In this document: piece after piece, positions 52,236-62,489 of the stretch
Numbering within the stretch: the first letter of the stretch is position 1
Layout of the letters: each line of letters opens with the position of its first letter
Assembly (NCBI GenBank): GCA_965224085.1
Contig: CBDCYI010000011.1
Span: forward strand, 1,120,001-1,184,000
Direction: 5' to 3'
DNA from: Candidatus Marinacidobacterales bacterium
Lineage (GTDB): Bacteria; Acidobacteriota; Vicinamibacteria; Marinacidobacterales; SMYC01
Length of the DNA: 64,000 bases
Program-made: the position numbers and the translations under genes
Notes under the pieces: generated by a model
The model's input: the letters and a program-made list of their open reading frames with translations, nothing else
Databases searched by the model: none
What the model was told of the DNA's origin: nothing

Positions 52236-54669
52236 CCACGGTCTCGGTCTCGGTGTCCCCAGTCTCGGCGGTGCTCATCCGAAACGGCGCGCTGTTGACG
52301 ACGCCTAGGATGAAGGAGGACATCCGGTTGTCGTTCTTGGCGGCGTCCGCCGCAATCTTGCGAATTGCGGGCATGTCGAAATACTCGACCCTTCGTCCGA
52401 GCGCGTAGGTCATGAGGCTTTCAGTGAAGGTCATGATAACAGAGTCTCGATAATTGAGCATCGCGTCGCGGAGGCCGAGCGGGCCGTCGAGCGGGGTTCC
52501 GTCGTAGAGCTCGCCCGATGCGTCGATGGGGACCCCGTCATCTTTCGTACGCCACGCGCCGGTCACGTCGAAATTCTCGAGCGCGAGGCCGATGGGGTCG
52601 ATCACCGCGTGGCACGAGTTGCAGGCAGGGTTCGCGCGATGTTCTTCCATGCGCTCGCGTACCGAGAGACGCCTGTCACCCGCGACGTCCTCCGTCTCCT
52701 CGAGCGCCGGCACGTTGGGCGGTGGCGGGGGCGGGGGGCTTCCGAGCAAAACCTCCATGACCCATTTCCCGCGTTGGACCGGCGAGGTGCGATTCGCGAT
52801 GGCCGTGAGCGCGAGGATACTGCCATGGCCGAAGAGCCCGCGGCGGTTTCGGTTGATGCCGTCGAGCGGGACCCGGCGGAACCTGTCGCCGGTGACGTTC
52901 GGGATCCGGTAATGCCGCGCGAGCCTTTCGTTGACGAAAGTGTAGTCGGCTGTCAGAAGCTCCACGACGCTCCGGTCCTTGCGCACGAGGTTTTCGAAGA
53001 ACAGCTCGGTCTCGCGCTTCATCGCGTCGGCAAGGGTCGCGTCATAAAGGGGATAGGTCAAAGCGTCCGGGTGCAGTTTGTGAAGATCCTGGAGCCGCAG
53101 CCATTGCGACGCAAAACGCGTGGCGAGCGTTTCCGAGCGTTCATCGTCCACCATGCGACTTACTTGCTGTTCGAAGATAGCGGCGTCTGATAACTTTCCG
53201 TCCGCGGCGAGCGCCAAGAGCTCTTCGTCGGGAGGGCTCGACCACAAGAAAAACGACAAACGCGACGCGAGATCGACGTCTGCGATGCTATAGCTCTCGC
53301 CGGGCGCCGCGTGAGACGGCGACGGCTCCAAACGAAAGATGAAGCTCGGGCTCGCAAGGATCGCTTGAAGAGCCATCCGGATGCCGCTCTCGAAGTCGCC
53401 TCCCTCGCGCCCAATCATATAGAACGACATGAAGGCTTCGAGATCCGCATTGATGAGGGGGCGTCGATAAGCGCGCTTTGCGAGGTTGGTCACGATCTCT
53501 TCGGCGCAGGGAAGCTCTTCTTTCGATGTCGTCGGGCGGCAGATGAAAATGCGGCGCCGGGCGGGGGTGTCGGAGACGCCCGTGACGTTATACGGCCCAC
53601 TGATGTTGAAATCGCGAAGATGCGGCACGGTCGTGACGCCGTAATCCGTGCCGATTTCGCTATCGGCGAGGGTGTGCTCGATCGGGATGAGCAAGTCTTG
53701 GACGGGAGCTTCTGAATGGACGAGAAAGGCGGCGGTGACCCTTTGCGGGCCCGCCTTGACGTAAATGGGCTCGCTCTGAATCGTCAAACCGTTCGGTTCG
53801 GTCTCGGAGAGCATGGGATCCACGTCCAAGAGCGCGACCCGCGCGCCGTTGACTGAAACCTCGATTTGCTCGTTTCCGGCCGGACGGCCAAAGAGCTCGC
53901 CCTCGGGCGAGCCGTGAAGCAGCGCCTTGAAGATGTAATCGCCATCGGCGCGGAAGATGTTGACGACGGAGATACCGCCGCGCGTTCCGAACGGTGCGCC
54001 TTGGGCGCGACGCGTCTGGGACGCTGTCCGCGGGACTTTGAACGTGACTTCGCTAGGGTCGGCCGCGGGATCGCCGACGGCGAGACGGCTGACTTGGTCG
54101 GCGGCGCGCAGATAGCTATCCATTAGCGTCGGCGACATGCTTTGAACGTCGGCGATGTTGTCGAAGCTATGGCTTACCGTGTCGGGCGGCAAGAGCGCGG
54201 CGACGTCGACGTCGAGCGCGAGCAGGTAGGCGACTGAGGTCCTATATTCGGCGCGGTTGAGACGCTGGAAGTCTCGCCGTCCGGGGTTGGGACTCGAGAA
54301 GTAAGCCGCGTCGATCCTCGACTCGAGCGCGGCGTTGAAGGCTGCGACCTCGGCGCGGTCGGGCCGAGAGGCATAGGAAGGCGGCATCATGCCGGTGCGC
54401 AGCTTGCGGAGAATTTTTTCCGCGACCTCGGTATCGCGCCCGAGCTTCGACGCGTCGAAGGACTCCAAGGTGAGGCCGCCCGTCAACGCCGCGTCGCTGT
54501 GGCACATGAGGCAATAGTCTTCGACCATCGCGCGCTGCTCGGCGAGCGACATCATGCCTTCTGGGAGCGCAAACTCCTCTTGTGCCGCCACGACTTGCGT
54601 GCAAGCAAGTGCGGCCCCCACTATTCCTGCGGAGAAAGTACGCATAGTGACCCTTCCGTTCGAGCTCAT
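52216..54669 (-). CDS. DUF1592/DUF1588/DUF1585 (PSD) domain cytochrome c protein
   Basis: CLMCH, RLNRAEY, LASRLSFFLWSS, TSPVQRG, CNSCH, YALGR. Confidence 0.9.
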   Translation of the reverse strand: MSSNGRVTMRTFSAGIVGAALACTQVVAAQEEFALPEGMMSLAEQRAMVEDYCLMCHSDAALTGGLTLESFDASKLGRDTEVAEKILRKLRTGMMPPSYASRPDRAEVAAFNAALESRIDAAYFSSPNPGRRDFQRLNRAEYRTSVAYLLALDVDVAALLPPDTVSHSFDNIADVQSMSPTLMDSYLRAADQVSRLAVGDPAADPSEVTFKVPRTASQTRRAQGAPFGTRGGISVVNIFRADGDYIFKALLHGSPEGELFGRPAGNEQIEVSVNGARVALLDVDPMLSETEPNGLTIQSEPIYVKAGPQRVTAAFLVHSEAPVQDLLIPIEHTLADSEIGTDYGVTTVPHLRDFNISGPYNVTGVSDTPARRRIFICRPTTSKEELPCAEEIVTNLAKRAYRRPLINADLEAFMSFYMIGREGGDFESGIRMALQAILASPSFIFRLEPSPSHAAPGESYSIADVDLASRLSFFLWSSPPDEELLALAADGKLSDAAIFEQQVSRMVDDERSETLATRFASQWLRLQDLHKLHPDALTYPLYDATLADAMKRETELFFENLVRKDRSVVELLTADYTFVNERLARHYRIPNVTGDRFRRVPLDGINRNRRGLFGHGSILALTAIANRTSPVQRGKWVMEVLLGSPPPPPPPNVPALEETEDVAGDRRLSVRERMEEHRANPACNSCHAVIDPIGLALENFDVTGAWRTKDDGVPIDASGELYDGTPLDGPLGLRDAMLNYRDSVIMTFTESLMTYALGRRVEYFDMPAIRKIAADAAKNDNRMSSFILGVVNSAPFRMSTAETGDTETETVGVVQHP

Positions 54670-55281
54670 TCGGCACGCCGCCCCGAGACGACCTCATCGC
54701 CCTATGATGTCCGATTTGGACTCCAAATTTCAACAAGAACGGAACTAAGAAGTGCAGTGGGTGCTGTCATGTTAACTTGACAGCAATGGCATCGCCCGGG
54801 CGGGCGAAGGTAATCGGAGACTGACCAGCCTTTCTGTTCCGCGAGGGAACGACACCCTTATTGCGGCAATTTCGCCACGAACTCTTTGCGGCCCAGAGGT
54901 TTTCGGTGAACCGCGTGATCGACCGGTCCTCCGCTCCGCCGAGCCCACCCGCCCAAAGCTGCTCGTCTTTCACCATCTGCCAGACGCTTCTTGTCCGGCG
55001 AGAGGGCGAACCCCCGTACACCGTCGATTCCTTTCAATCGAGCTCTCCTGTCGTCGAGACCGTCCAGAGCTTTCCCGCGTGAAGAAAGAGAATCTGGATC
55101 GAGGAGATCCACTCGAAACGACCAACAGGACCTTGATGCAGTTGCCACCGGGGAGCGCTATTCTAGCGAACTCAAAACCCCGGCTCAACCTAGGAAAGCA
55201 TGTTTGACCTTCGGGCCTGTTTTGCGGCATAGTCCCGCCCGTGCCCTGTTGCCAGGCTCGGTTCCGACTCGGGAGGTCGAC

Positions 55282-55570
55282 GTGAAAAAACTCTGGATCG
55301 TTTGGATGTTGACGTTGCCCGCTGCCTCCGGACAAGACCTACCGTCGGACGAGGTGAAGGGTGCAGAGGATACCGTTGCGACGTTCTCGATCGTGGCTCG
55401 TGACCCGGCGACGGGAGAGCTCGGCCTCGCGGTGCAATCCCGTGCCTTTCGCGCCGGGCGGACCGTACCGTACGGCAAGCCCGGGGTGGGAATGATCGCC
55501 TCCCAGGCCGGGGCAGCGAGAACCCCATACGGTCGGAAAGGCATGGAGATGCTGGAAGCCGGCGTTTCAG
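55282..55570 (+). pseudogene. DUF1028 (Ntn-hydrolase-like) N-terminal fragment cut by the duplication
   Basis: TFSIVARDPATGELGLAVQS; GGAGG RBS. Confidence 0.8.
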
Positions 55571-56967
55571 GCTTGCCCGGACACGTCTTTGATCTCCCGC
55601 GCGCTCTGGTTCGCGACCGGCGGACGATAACCGGCATTGCTCGTCGGGATATTCGTGTCCGCGCCATAGGCTCGTAGGAGCTTCATTGCAGCGACGTCGC
55701 TTCCATAGGCAGCGCGCCAAAAAGGTGTGGCGCCTATCTCGTTGATCGACGAGCGGTCGAAGTTATAGCCCATGAACCACACTTTTTTCTTCACACGGAC
55801 GTTCGGGTCCGCGCCCGCTAAAAGGAGCGCTTCCATCAGCTCGAGATGGGTGAGCTTTTGTTGTTTGTGCGCGGTCGGTTGCGGGTAGGCCGCCCGCGGC
55901 GCCCAAGCTAGATTGATCGTCGCGTAGAGCGGCGTCACGTCTGCTGGCTCGCTCGCAAGATTGGGATCCGCGCCTTCGTCCACGAGGAGCTTGGCGAGAT
56001 CGAAGTGGCCGTTCATCGTCGCGATGAGGAGCGGGCTCGTCTCGCTGCCTTCGGCGACACGATCGATGTCTGCGCCGGCCTCGAGAAGCGCTCGGACGGA
56101 GTCGGTCTGGCCTTGCCGCGCCGCGAAAAGAAGTGCGCTCATCCCGCCTTGCACGCCGACGCGGTTACCGAACGGCTCCCGCTGGCGCCGAGGCGGTTCG
56201 TTCTCCTCGCCGCCACCAGGGATCATCCAGCCAAAGAGCTTCGCGAAGAAGCTCTTTTCGGGCTTTTGGTCATCCTCTACTTGCGCTACGTCGTCGCCCG
56301 CAGCTTTGGCGCGTGCCTTGCGCAAATCCTCGATCCGCTTCTCGAAACCGTCTCGGATGGCTTTGTTGAGCGTCGGCACGTCGATGACGTCGGTCACGAG
56401 GCTCAGCTCGGCGCCGCGCTCGATGAGAAGCTCGATCACTCTGTGTCGACCGTTGGCCGCGGCGAACATGAGAGCCGTTTGGCCGCCGCTCGACTCGCGG
56501 GCGTTGACATCGGGCTCGCGATCGAGAAGGAGGCGGACCGACTCGACGCTTCCCGAGGCGGAGGCGAACATGAGCGCGGTCGCGCCGGTCGTCGTGGCGT
56601 CGTTCGCGTCGGCCCCCGCAGCGAGAAGCGTCTCGACCATTGACGCGTTTCCGTGCTTGCTCGCGAAAAGCAGAGGCGTATGAGCCCCGAGCCGAGTGGT
56701 CGCGCGGACGTTCGCTCCCGCGTATAGAAGCATCTCTGCCATTGCGACGTCGTTTGCGCGCGCGGCCCAGTGGAGCGCCGTCGTGCCCCCGCCTTGAGCC
56801 GCGTTCACGTCGAGCCCTTGCTGCAACAATGCGCGTACCACTTCACGGTCGCCTTGCTCTGCCGCGTCCGCGACGGGGAAGGGGCTCATCGTGACGTCGA
56901 CCGGCCCTGCTGCCGCCAAAGCAAAAACGCCGAGCGCGAGAATCATCCGGTATCGCATCTTTCTCAT
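55567..56967 (-). pseudogene. Ankyrin-repeat protein, C-terminally truncated copy
   Basis: Identical to the first 466 aa of 48991-50778. Confidence 0.9.
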
Positions 56968-56987
56968 GGTCTACCCGGTCTCATGGT

Positions 56988-58424
56988 CTACCCGGTGACC
57001 TCCGTTTGGCTCACTGGAACGCTCGTCAAGTCGAGCGGCTCGGTGCTGTCTCCGAAGGACTCGCGATCGTCGAAGCCGAGCTTGTGCAGAACGCTCAGCA
57101 TGGCGTTGGCTGTCGGCGTTTGGTCGGCCGCTTTGATGTGAAGGTTTCCTGGGAGCTGGCCATTCGCGTGGCCAGCGAGAAAGAGGGGAACGCGTTTGTG
57201 GTTGTGAATGTTCGGGTCTCCCATCGGGGAGCCGTAGAGAATCAGGCTCTTCTCTAGAAGGTCGCTCCCGTTCTCCTCGGCGTCCTGAAGCTTCTTCAGC
57301 AGATAGGGCACGAGGCTCACGTGGTAGAGGTTGATCTTCGATAGCTTGATGACGCCTGGCTCCCGGCCCCTGTGATGAGAAGCATTGTGAAAGCCTTCGT
57401 AGACGCCGCTTTCGGGAAACGAACGCCCCGAGACATCGCGGCTCATCTTGAACGAGACGACGCGCGTCATGTCGGCCATAAAGGCAAGCGTCATCAGATC
57501 GAACATGATCTCGACGTGCTCGCTATAGGAGTCGGGCACGCCGATCGGGGCATCCGGAAGCTCGCGGAGCTCGCCGCTTTGGTTGCGCTCTTCGACTTTC
57601 TCGATGCGCCGCTCGATCTCCCGGATGTTCTCGAGATAGGCATCGAGCCGGTTTCGATCGCTCGGGCCGAGCGTTCCTTTGAGCCGTGCGACCTCGCTCG
57701 GGATCCAGTCGAGGATGCTGCGATGGGCCTCGCGCCGCGCGGCACGCTTTTCCGAACTTCCGCCGGAGCCGAAGAGCTGGTCGAAGGCCAGGCGCGGATC
57801 GCGGATCATGGGGAGCGGCTCTGTCGCCGATGCCCAGCTGATTGTATCCATGTAGACGCAGGCATAGCCGTAGAGGCAGCCGCCCGACTGGTCCACGTTC
57901 TCGATACACAGCTGCATCGAGGGGATGGGATTGTCTTGGCCGAACCGCTGAGCGTAGAGCTGATCGAGCGACGTTCCCGCGGTAATGTCCGAGCCTTCGG
58001 TTTGCTTCGGGTGCGATTGCGTGAGGTAGACGGAGCTCGAGCGGAAATGGTCGCCTCCGGTCTCCGGCGGTGTGAACGCCTCGGCGTTGCGGGTGTCGGT
58101 GTTGCTCACGATCGTGACGTAATCGCGAAAGGGTTCGAGCGGGCTCAAGCTGCTCGGCGTCAAATCGAAATCGTGGCCCACGGCGGCGGGCGACCAAAGG
58201 TTTTTCTCGGCGCCGATCTTGTTGCTGCCGGCGGCGCCATGCACCATCTCCATGCACACCAAACGTGTTGGGTCGGTGGTCGCCCCCCAGGCTTTGCGGG
58301 TGGGGATCATCGCCTCCAACATCGGAAGCGCCACCGTTGCGCCCATACCGCGCAGCACGCTGCGGCGGGATATGTGTTTGTTCGTTACGTACACGGGACT
58401 CTCCTTACGGATGTTGAACGACAC
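56988..58424 (-). CDS. DUF1552 protein, second complete copy
   Basis: Identical except one P to S change. Confidence 0.88.
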   Translation of the reverse strand: MSFNIRKESPVYVTNKHISRRSVLRGMGATVALPMLEAMIPTRKAWGATTDPTRLVCMEMVHGAAGSNKIGAEKNLWSPAAVGHDFDLTPSSLSPLEPFRDYVTIVSNTDTRNAEAFTPPETGGDHFRSSSVYLTQSHPKQTEGSDITAGTSLDQLYAQRFGQDNPIPSMQLCIENVDQSGGCLYGYACVYMDTISWASATEPLPMIRDPRLAFDQLFGSGGSSEKRAARREAHRSILDWIPSEVARLKGTLGPSDRNRLDAYLENIREIERRIEKVEERNQSGELRELPDAPIGVPDSYSEHVEIMFDLMTLAFMADMTRVVSFKMSRDVSGRSFPESGVYEGFHNASHHRGREPGVIKLSKINLYHVSLVPYLLKKLQDAEENGSDLLEKSLILYGSPMGDPNIHNHKRVPLFLAGHANGQLPGNLHIKAADQTPTANAMLSVLHKLGFDDRESFGDSTEPLDLTSVPVSQTEVTG

Positions 58425-58831
58425 CCACGGTCTCGGTCTCGGTGTCCCCAGTCTCGGCGGTGCTCATCCGAAACGGCGCGCTGTTGACGACGCCTAGGAT
58501 GAAGGAGGACATCCGGTTGTCGTTCTTGGCGGCGTCCGCCGCAATCTTGCGAATTGCGGGCATGTCGAAATACTCGACCCTTCGTCCGAGCGCGTAGGTC
58601 ATGAGGCTTTCAGTGAAGGTCATGATAACAGAGTCTCGATAATTGAGCATCGCGTCGCGGAGGCCGAGCGGGCCGTCGAGCGGGGTTCCGTCGTAGAGCT
58701 CGCCCGATGCGTCGATGGGGACCCCGTCATCTTTCGTACGCCACGCGCCGGTCACGTCGAAATTCTCGAGCGCGAGGCCGATGGGGTCGATCACCGCGTG
58801 GCACGAGTTGCAGGCAGGGTTCGCGCGATGT
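58405..58831 (-). pseudogene. DUF1592-family protein, C-terminal fragment copy
   Basis: Starts at HRANPACNSCH. Confidence 0.9.
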
Positions 58832-58899
58832 ATCCCCCAACAAGGCACCTCGTCTACGTGCAGCATGGCACTCGAAGCTTCCGTCAAGAGTCCTATGAA

Positions 58900-59841
58900 C
58901 TAGATCGAAGCGATTCTTCTCAGCGTCGCGGCCAGGCGGCGGGACATGATTTTGCACAATACGTTCGTGAAATAGAGCCCGGTTGCGACGTTGTGTTGGA
59001 AAGCGCGCTCGAGGCTGTTCGGCGAGAGCACGTGAAGACGCAAGCTTGTCTGCGCCACTGCGCTCGCGGAGCGAGGGCTCCCGTCCACGAAGGCCATCTC
59101 GCCGAAAAAGTCCCCTGCTTCCAATCGATCTAGGGTCATCTTCGTGCCGGCGTCGGTCTCCTTCAAAATATCTACCTTGCCGGCCGCGATGACGAAGAGC
59201 TCCTTCCCGTGCTCGCCCTCTTCGAAGAGCACCGTCCCCGCATCGTAGTCGCGGGTCACGGAGAAGGACCGAAGCCGCCGCAAATCGAGCTCGCCGAGCT
59301 CTCGCGGCCTCGCTCCGGGGGATGCTGCGGCCGGGTGAGACATTCGCAGAAGCTCGTTGGCGAGGCGGATTTTCCCTGATAGGCCCATGCTAAGGACGGC
59401 CATGAGCTTGGGCGCCCCGGTTCGGCTGTAACGAAAAGCATTCTTGATGTCCGGAATCGTCCAAGAGAGACATCTCGTGTCTCTTTCGGCTTTGGCCCGG
59501 ATGCCAGCCGGGTCAGGTTCGAACAGGTTCATTTCTCCCAAAAGACCGCCTCGTTCGAGCGTACCGAGGCTCCGGATCGAACCGCCGGATTCGACGCTCA
59601 GCCCCACAGCACCGTCATGAATGAGAAGCAGCGAGTCGACGACCGAGACCTCGCTTCCGGCCGCCAACTTCAAAAGCGTGGCGGACTCATCGAACACGAG
59701 CGCTTCGGACTCGGTCAGGGCGCTCAATAAGGGGAAAGTTTTTGTGGTCGGTTTCACGACGCGCCCGTCTTTCTCGCTGGCCCAAGACCCTTGTGCCATG
59801 CCCGAACCCGCCGACGCAATCGTAGATCGGCCTCGGGACAT
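58900..59841 (-). CDS. Tandem cyclic-nucleotide-binding domain protein
   Basis: GGLLGEMNLF and GDFFGEMAF..PRSASA. Start uncertain. Confidence 0.85.
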   Translation of the reverse strand: MSRGRSTIASAGSGMAQGSWASEKDGRVVKPTTKTFPLLSALTESEALVFDESATLLKLAAGSEVSVVDSLLLIHDGAVGLSVESGGSIRSLGTLERGGLLGEMNLFEPDPAGIRAKAERDTRCLSWTIPDIKNAFRYSRTGAPKLMAVLSMGLSGKIRLANELLRMSHPAAASPGARPRELGELDLRRLRSFSVTRDYDAGTVLFEEGEHGKELFVIAAGKVDILKETDAGTKMTLDRLEAGDFFGEMAFVDGSPRSASAVAQTSLRLHVLSPNSLERAFQHNVATGLYFTNVLCKIMSRRLAATLRRIASI

Positions 59842-59863
59842 CGTGCCCCGCCGCAGAGGATCT

Positions 59864-60231
59864 CTATTCAGGGAGGGCAAGCGCCGCCAGCGAACCGGGG
59901 AACTGGCCGCCCTTCGCAATCTGCACGACGATGTATTGCCGCCCCTCGTGCATATAAGTCATCATGCCGTACAGTCCGGGAGCCGGAAGTTCGACGCTTC
60001 CGAGCTCCTCGCCCGTCCGTTTGTTGGGCGTTGAGGACGGCTGGCATCGACCTGGTCCAGGGGCGAGTAGCGGGTGCCCCAGGCGTCACCGCTCTGGTAG
60101 CGCCACTCTCGTTCCGGACTGCCTCGATCCTGGGCGATGGCCACGGCTGATAGGGCGAGGAGGCCGCCCAGCGCCAGGGTGAAAGAAAGCTCAAGGGTTC
60201 CGCGCCGAAGGCGTTTCGGGACTGTTCTCAT
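59864..60231 (-). pseudogene. PQQ-dependent dehydrogenase reduced to N- and C-termini
   Basis: EWRYQSGDAWGTRYSPLDQVDAS is joined near 60040 to KRTGEELGSVELPAP..GMMTYMHEGRQYIVVQI...LALP-stop. Confidence 0.8.
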
Positions 60232-60369
60232 CTTAAGGTTAGGAAATTTCAAAGCCTGCCTGGGGCGTTCCACTGCAATTTCTCCAGCTCGACCGTCGTG
60301 GCGTCACGTCATTCAGTGTCGGTAACATTAACAAAGGGTACGTAGCAAGACAAGGCGGTAAGCTCGAAG

Positions 60370-60555
60370 TGATCGTCGACGTCTTTTGGTAACTCGTCGC
60401 CCGCGCTCTCTTCAACAAGAATCGAACTTGGGAACGTTGATCGCGGGAAGCCGTCGGGGACGGCTCGTTGCCGATCTCGCGAAGCTTGACGAAACGAAGC
60501 TCGTCATCCCAAACGACGAGTTCTTCATCCGAACGCGCTATCCCGACGAGCTGAA
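60370..60555 (+). pseudogene. Molybdopterin-dependent oxidoreductase (sulfite oxidase family) fragment
   Basis: GRLVADLAKL...IPNDEFFIRTRYP. Confidence 0.45.
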
Positions 60556-60580
60556 TGCCCTTACTCGGAGTCTTGTGCTC

Positions 60581-62035
60581 TCAGACGGAGTTTCCTGCAG
60601 ACCCGGCCGTAAGGATGCTCGGCGCTTCCTTGTTGCCGGGGTCGAGCTCGAGGACCATGTCGACGGCGGCCACCGCGGCGGCGCTCTTGCCACGGCTTTG
60701 GTACAAGCGTGCGAGCTCTAGCGGGATGTTTGGATCCTTCGGTGAGAGCTCCATGGCAAGCAGGAAGTGCTCTTCCGCCTTGTCTCTGAGCCTCGGGTGA
60801 TGTTGCATGGCTTGTCCGAGCATGAGCCTGAATACAGCTTCCTCTGGCGCGAGTGCTATGAGCTCCTGAAAAATGGTGACCGCGCCGTTCCAGTCTTTCT
60901 CTTTTAGTCGCTTCCTGGCTTCGGTTTCGTGTTGGCGGATCAGGCGGCGTCGCGTGACATCGTCGCCCGCTCGGTTGCGCTTTTCGACGATCTCTTTGAA
61001 CACGGTGGCGAGCCGCAACGTGATCGCATCGATTTTACCTAGGAGATCGTCCGCGGTGACTTGCATGCGCAGCTCGGCCCATTCCTCGCGCAGGGAATCG
61101 TAGGCTTCGCGAAGTTTCGGGATGGAGACATTCTTGCCTACACCGAGCAGATCTTCTCCGCCTACCTGTTCGAGCCGCACGAACTGTGCGTCGATGAGCT
61201 CACGCGCGCTCGCTTCATCGATGACCTCTTTCTTCTGTGGCAGAGGAACGAGCTCGAGGAGTCCGACGGTCAAAAGCCCATAGCAGCTTCTGAGCGCCGC
61301 GCTCCGGTCGATGTCGCCATATCGGACGATTTCTCCGATCGAGGCTCCATCTCTGGCTCTCGCTAATATGTCGCGCTCGACTCGGGCGAGCCGAGCCAGG
61401 TCGAATTTATTTGCGGGCTCGCGAGTCATGCGCACGATCGCGTCGGCGTGCGGGAGGGCATCTAGAATGCTCCGGCCATCCTGAACCCGCCGCAGGCCCT
61501 TGAGTAGCAACGGTGGGACCGAAAGCGAGAAAGGAAGCTGTCCGCCGGCAGAAGTGTTTTCGTCAAAAGTATAGAGACCGTCGGAAAGGCGAAACAGTGA
61601 CAGCACGATGCGCTGGACTTGCACGCCCAGCTCGTGGTGGAGCTTCTTTCTGTCAAGCCGGCCCATTCTTACAAGCGCTTCACCGAAGCGGCAGCCGTCA
61701 TCCCGCATTTTTTGGCTGGCAACTCGGTAGTCCTTCGCCGAGATGCTGTGGTGGGCGAGCATGCTCTCGCCGAGACGGTCATCTCGAACGTTGCTTGTGG
61801 CGAAGCGTACCGCGCCTCTGTCCACGCGGATCGTTTTGATGCGATCCCCGCTGACGATCTGGAACGCCCCCGACCGGCTCTCGTCGGCGACCAGTTTCAA
61901 TAAGTGGCTGAACGTGACTGGAGTGAAGGTTCCCGTCCAGCCGGATTTTGCGGCTGTGGCACTCATCATGGGTATCAAGCAGGCTACCGCGAAGCGAGGG
62001 CGTTGGCTGTGATGTGAGTTGATGGGTTTGGCCAA
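60581..62035 (-). CDS. DUF4388 domain / degenerate J-domain / TPR protein
   Basis: G.VRFATSN..DDRLGESML, RFGEALV, C-terminal TPRs. Start uncertain. Confidence 0.75.
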   Translation of the reverse strand: MAKPINSHHSQRPRFAVACLIPMMSATAAKSGWTGTFTPVTFSHLLKLVADESRSGAFQIVSGDRIKTIRVDRGAVRFATSNVRDDRLGESMLAHHSISAKDYRVASQKMRDDGCRFGEALVRMGRLDRKKLHHELGVQVQRIVLSLFRLSDGLYTFDENTSAGGQLPFSLSVPPLLLKGLRRVQDGRSILDALPHADAIVRMTREPANKFDLARLARVERDILARARDGASIGEIVRYGDIDRSAALRSCYGLLTVGLLELVPLPQKKEVIDEASARELIDAQFVRLEQVGGEDLLGVGKNVSIPKLREAYDSLREEWAELRMQVTADDLLGKIDAITLRLATVFKEIVEKRNRAGDDVTRRRLIRQHETEARKRLKEKDWNGAVTIFQELIALAPEEAVFRLMLGQAMQHHPRLRDKAEEHFLLAMELSPKDPNIPLELARLYQSRGKSAAAVAAVDMVLELDPGNKEAPSILTAGSAGNSV

Positions 62036-62074
62036 CGACGCGCGTAGGCGTTTGCCTACGGTCCCACTAGTGTG

Positions 62075-62480
62075 TCAGGGAGCCGTGGTGGCGTTCACGG
62101 CCGGAGCGGCGATCCACTCCGAGCGCGCCGCTAGAGAATCGATGAGGTAGAAGCTCCCGTAGCGCGCAAGGACATCGACCTGAGCGCCGTCTTCGAGTCG
62201 TCGGACGATCGCGGCATCTGTCTCTGGGCGATCGAGGACCGCGGTCGGCCGAGACAGCGCCATCGAGTCGACCGGCACGTCGATGGGCTCCGTTTGGCTC
62301 TCGCGTACATAGCCGCTGATGCCGTTCGGAAGCGCCACGCGGTAACTGCGCTCCGCGCCGCCCCATACTAATAAGGGTGTGTGCGTGTCCATTTGCCAAA
62401 AGCCTTCGTCGCCCCGGGTGTTGACGGTGAGTGGGAGCTCGGGGTCGAGCTCGAGGAAGTGTCCGCGCGCACCTTCGTGT
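62075..62480 (-). pseudogene. C-terminal SH3b-domain fragment
   Basis: YRVALPNGISGYV, VDVLARYGSFYL. Confidence 0.5.
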
Positions 62481-62489
62481 TTCGCAAAG

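Larger units (their letters stand above)
55571..58831. repeat. 3261-bp direct duplication of 49382-52642
   Basis: Offset 6189 bp; one substitution seen (51566 G versus 57755 A). Confidence 0.95.

Noticed and set aside
54770-54930. Riboswitch upstream of the PSD operon (c-di-GMP-like CGCAAAG)
   Set aside because: The other conserved elements and pairing could not be found by eye; an Rfam search would be needed.
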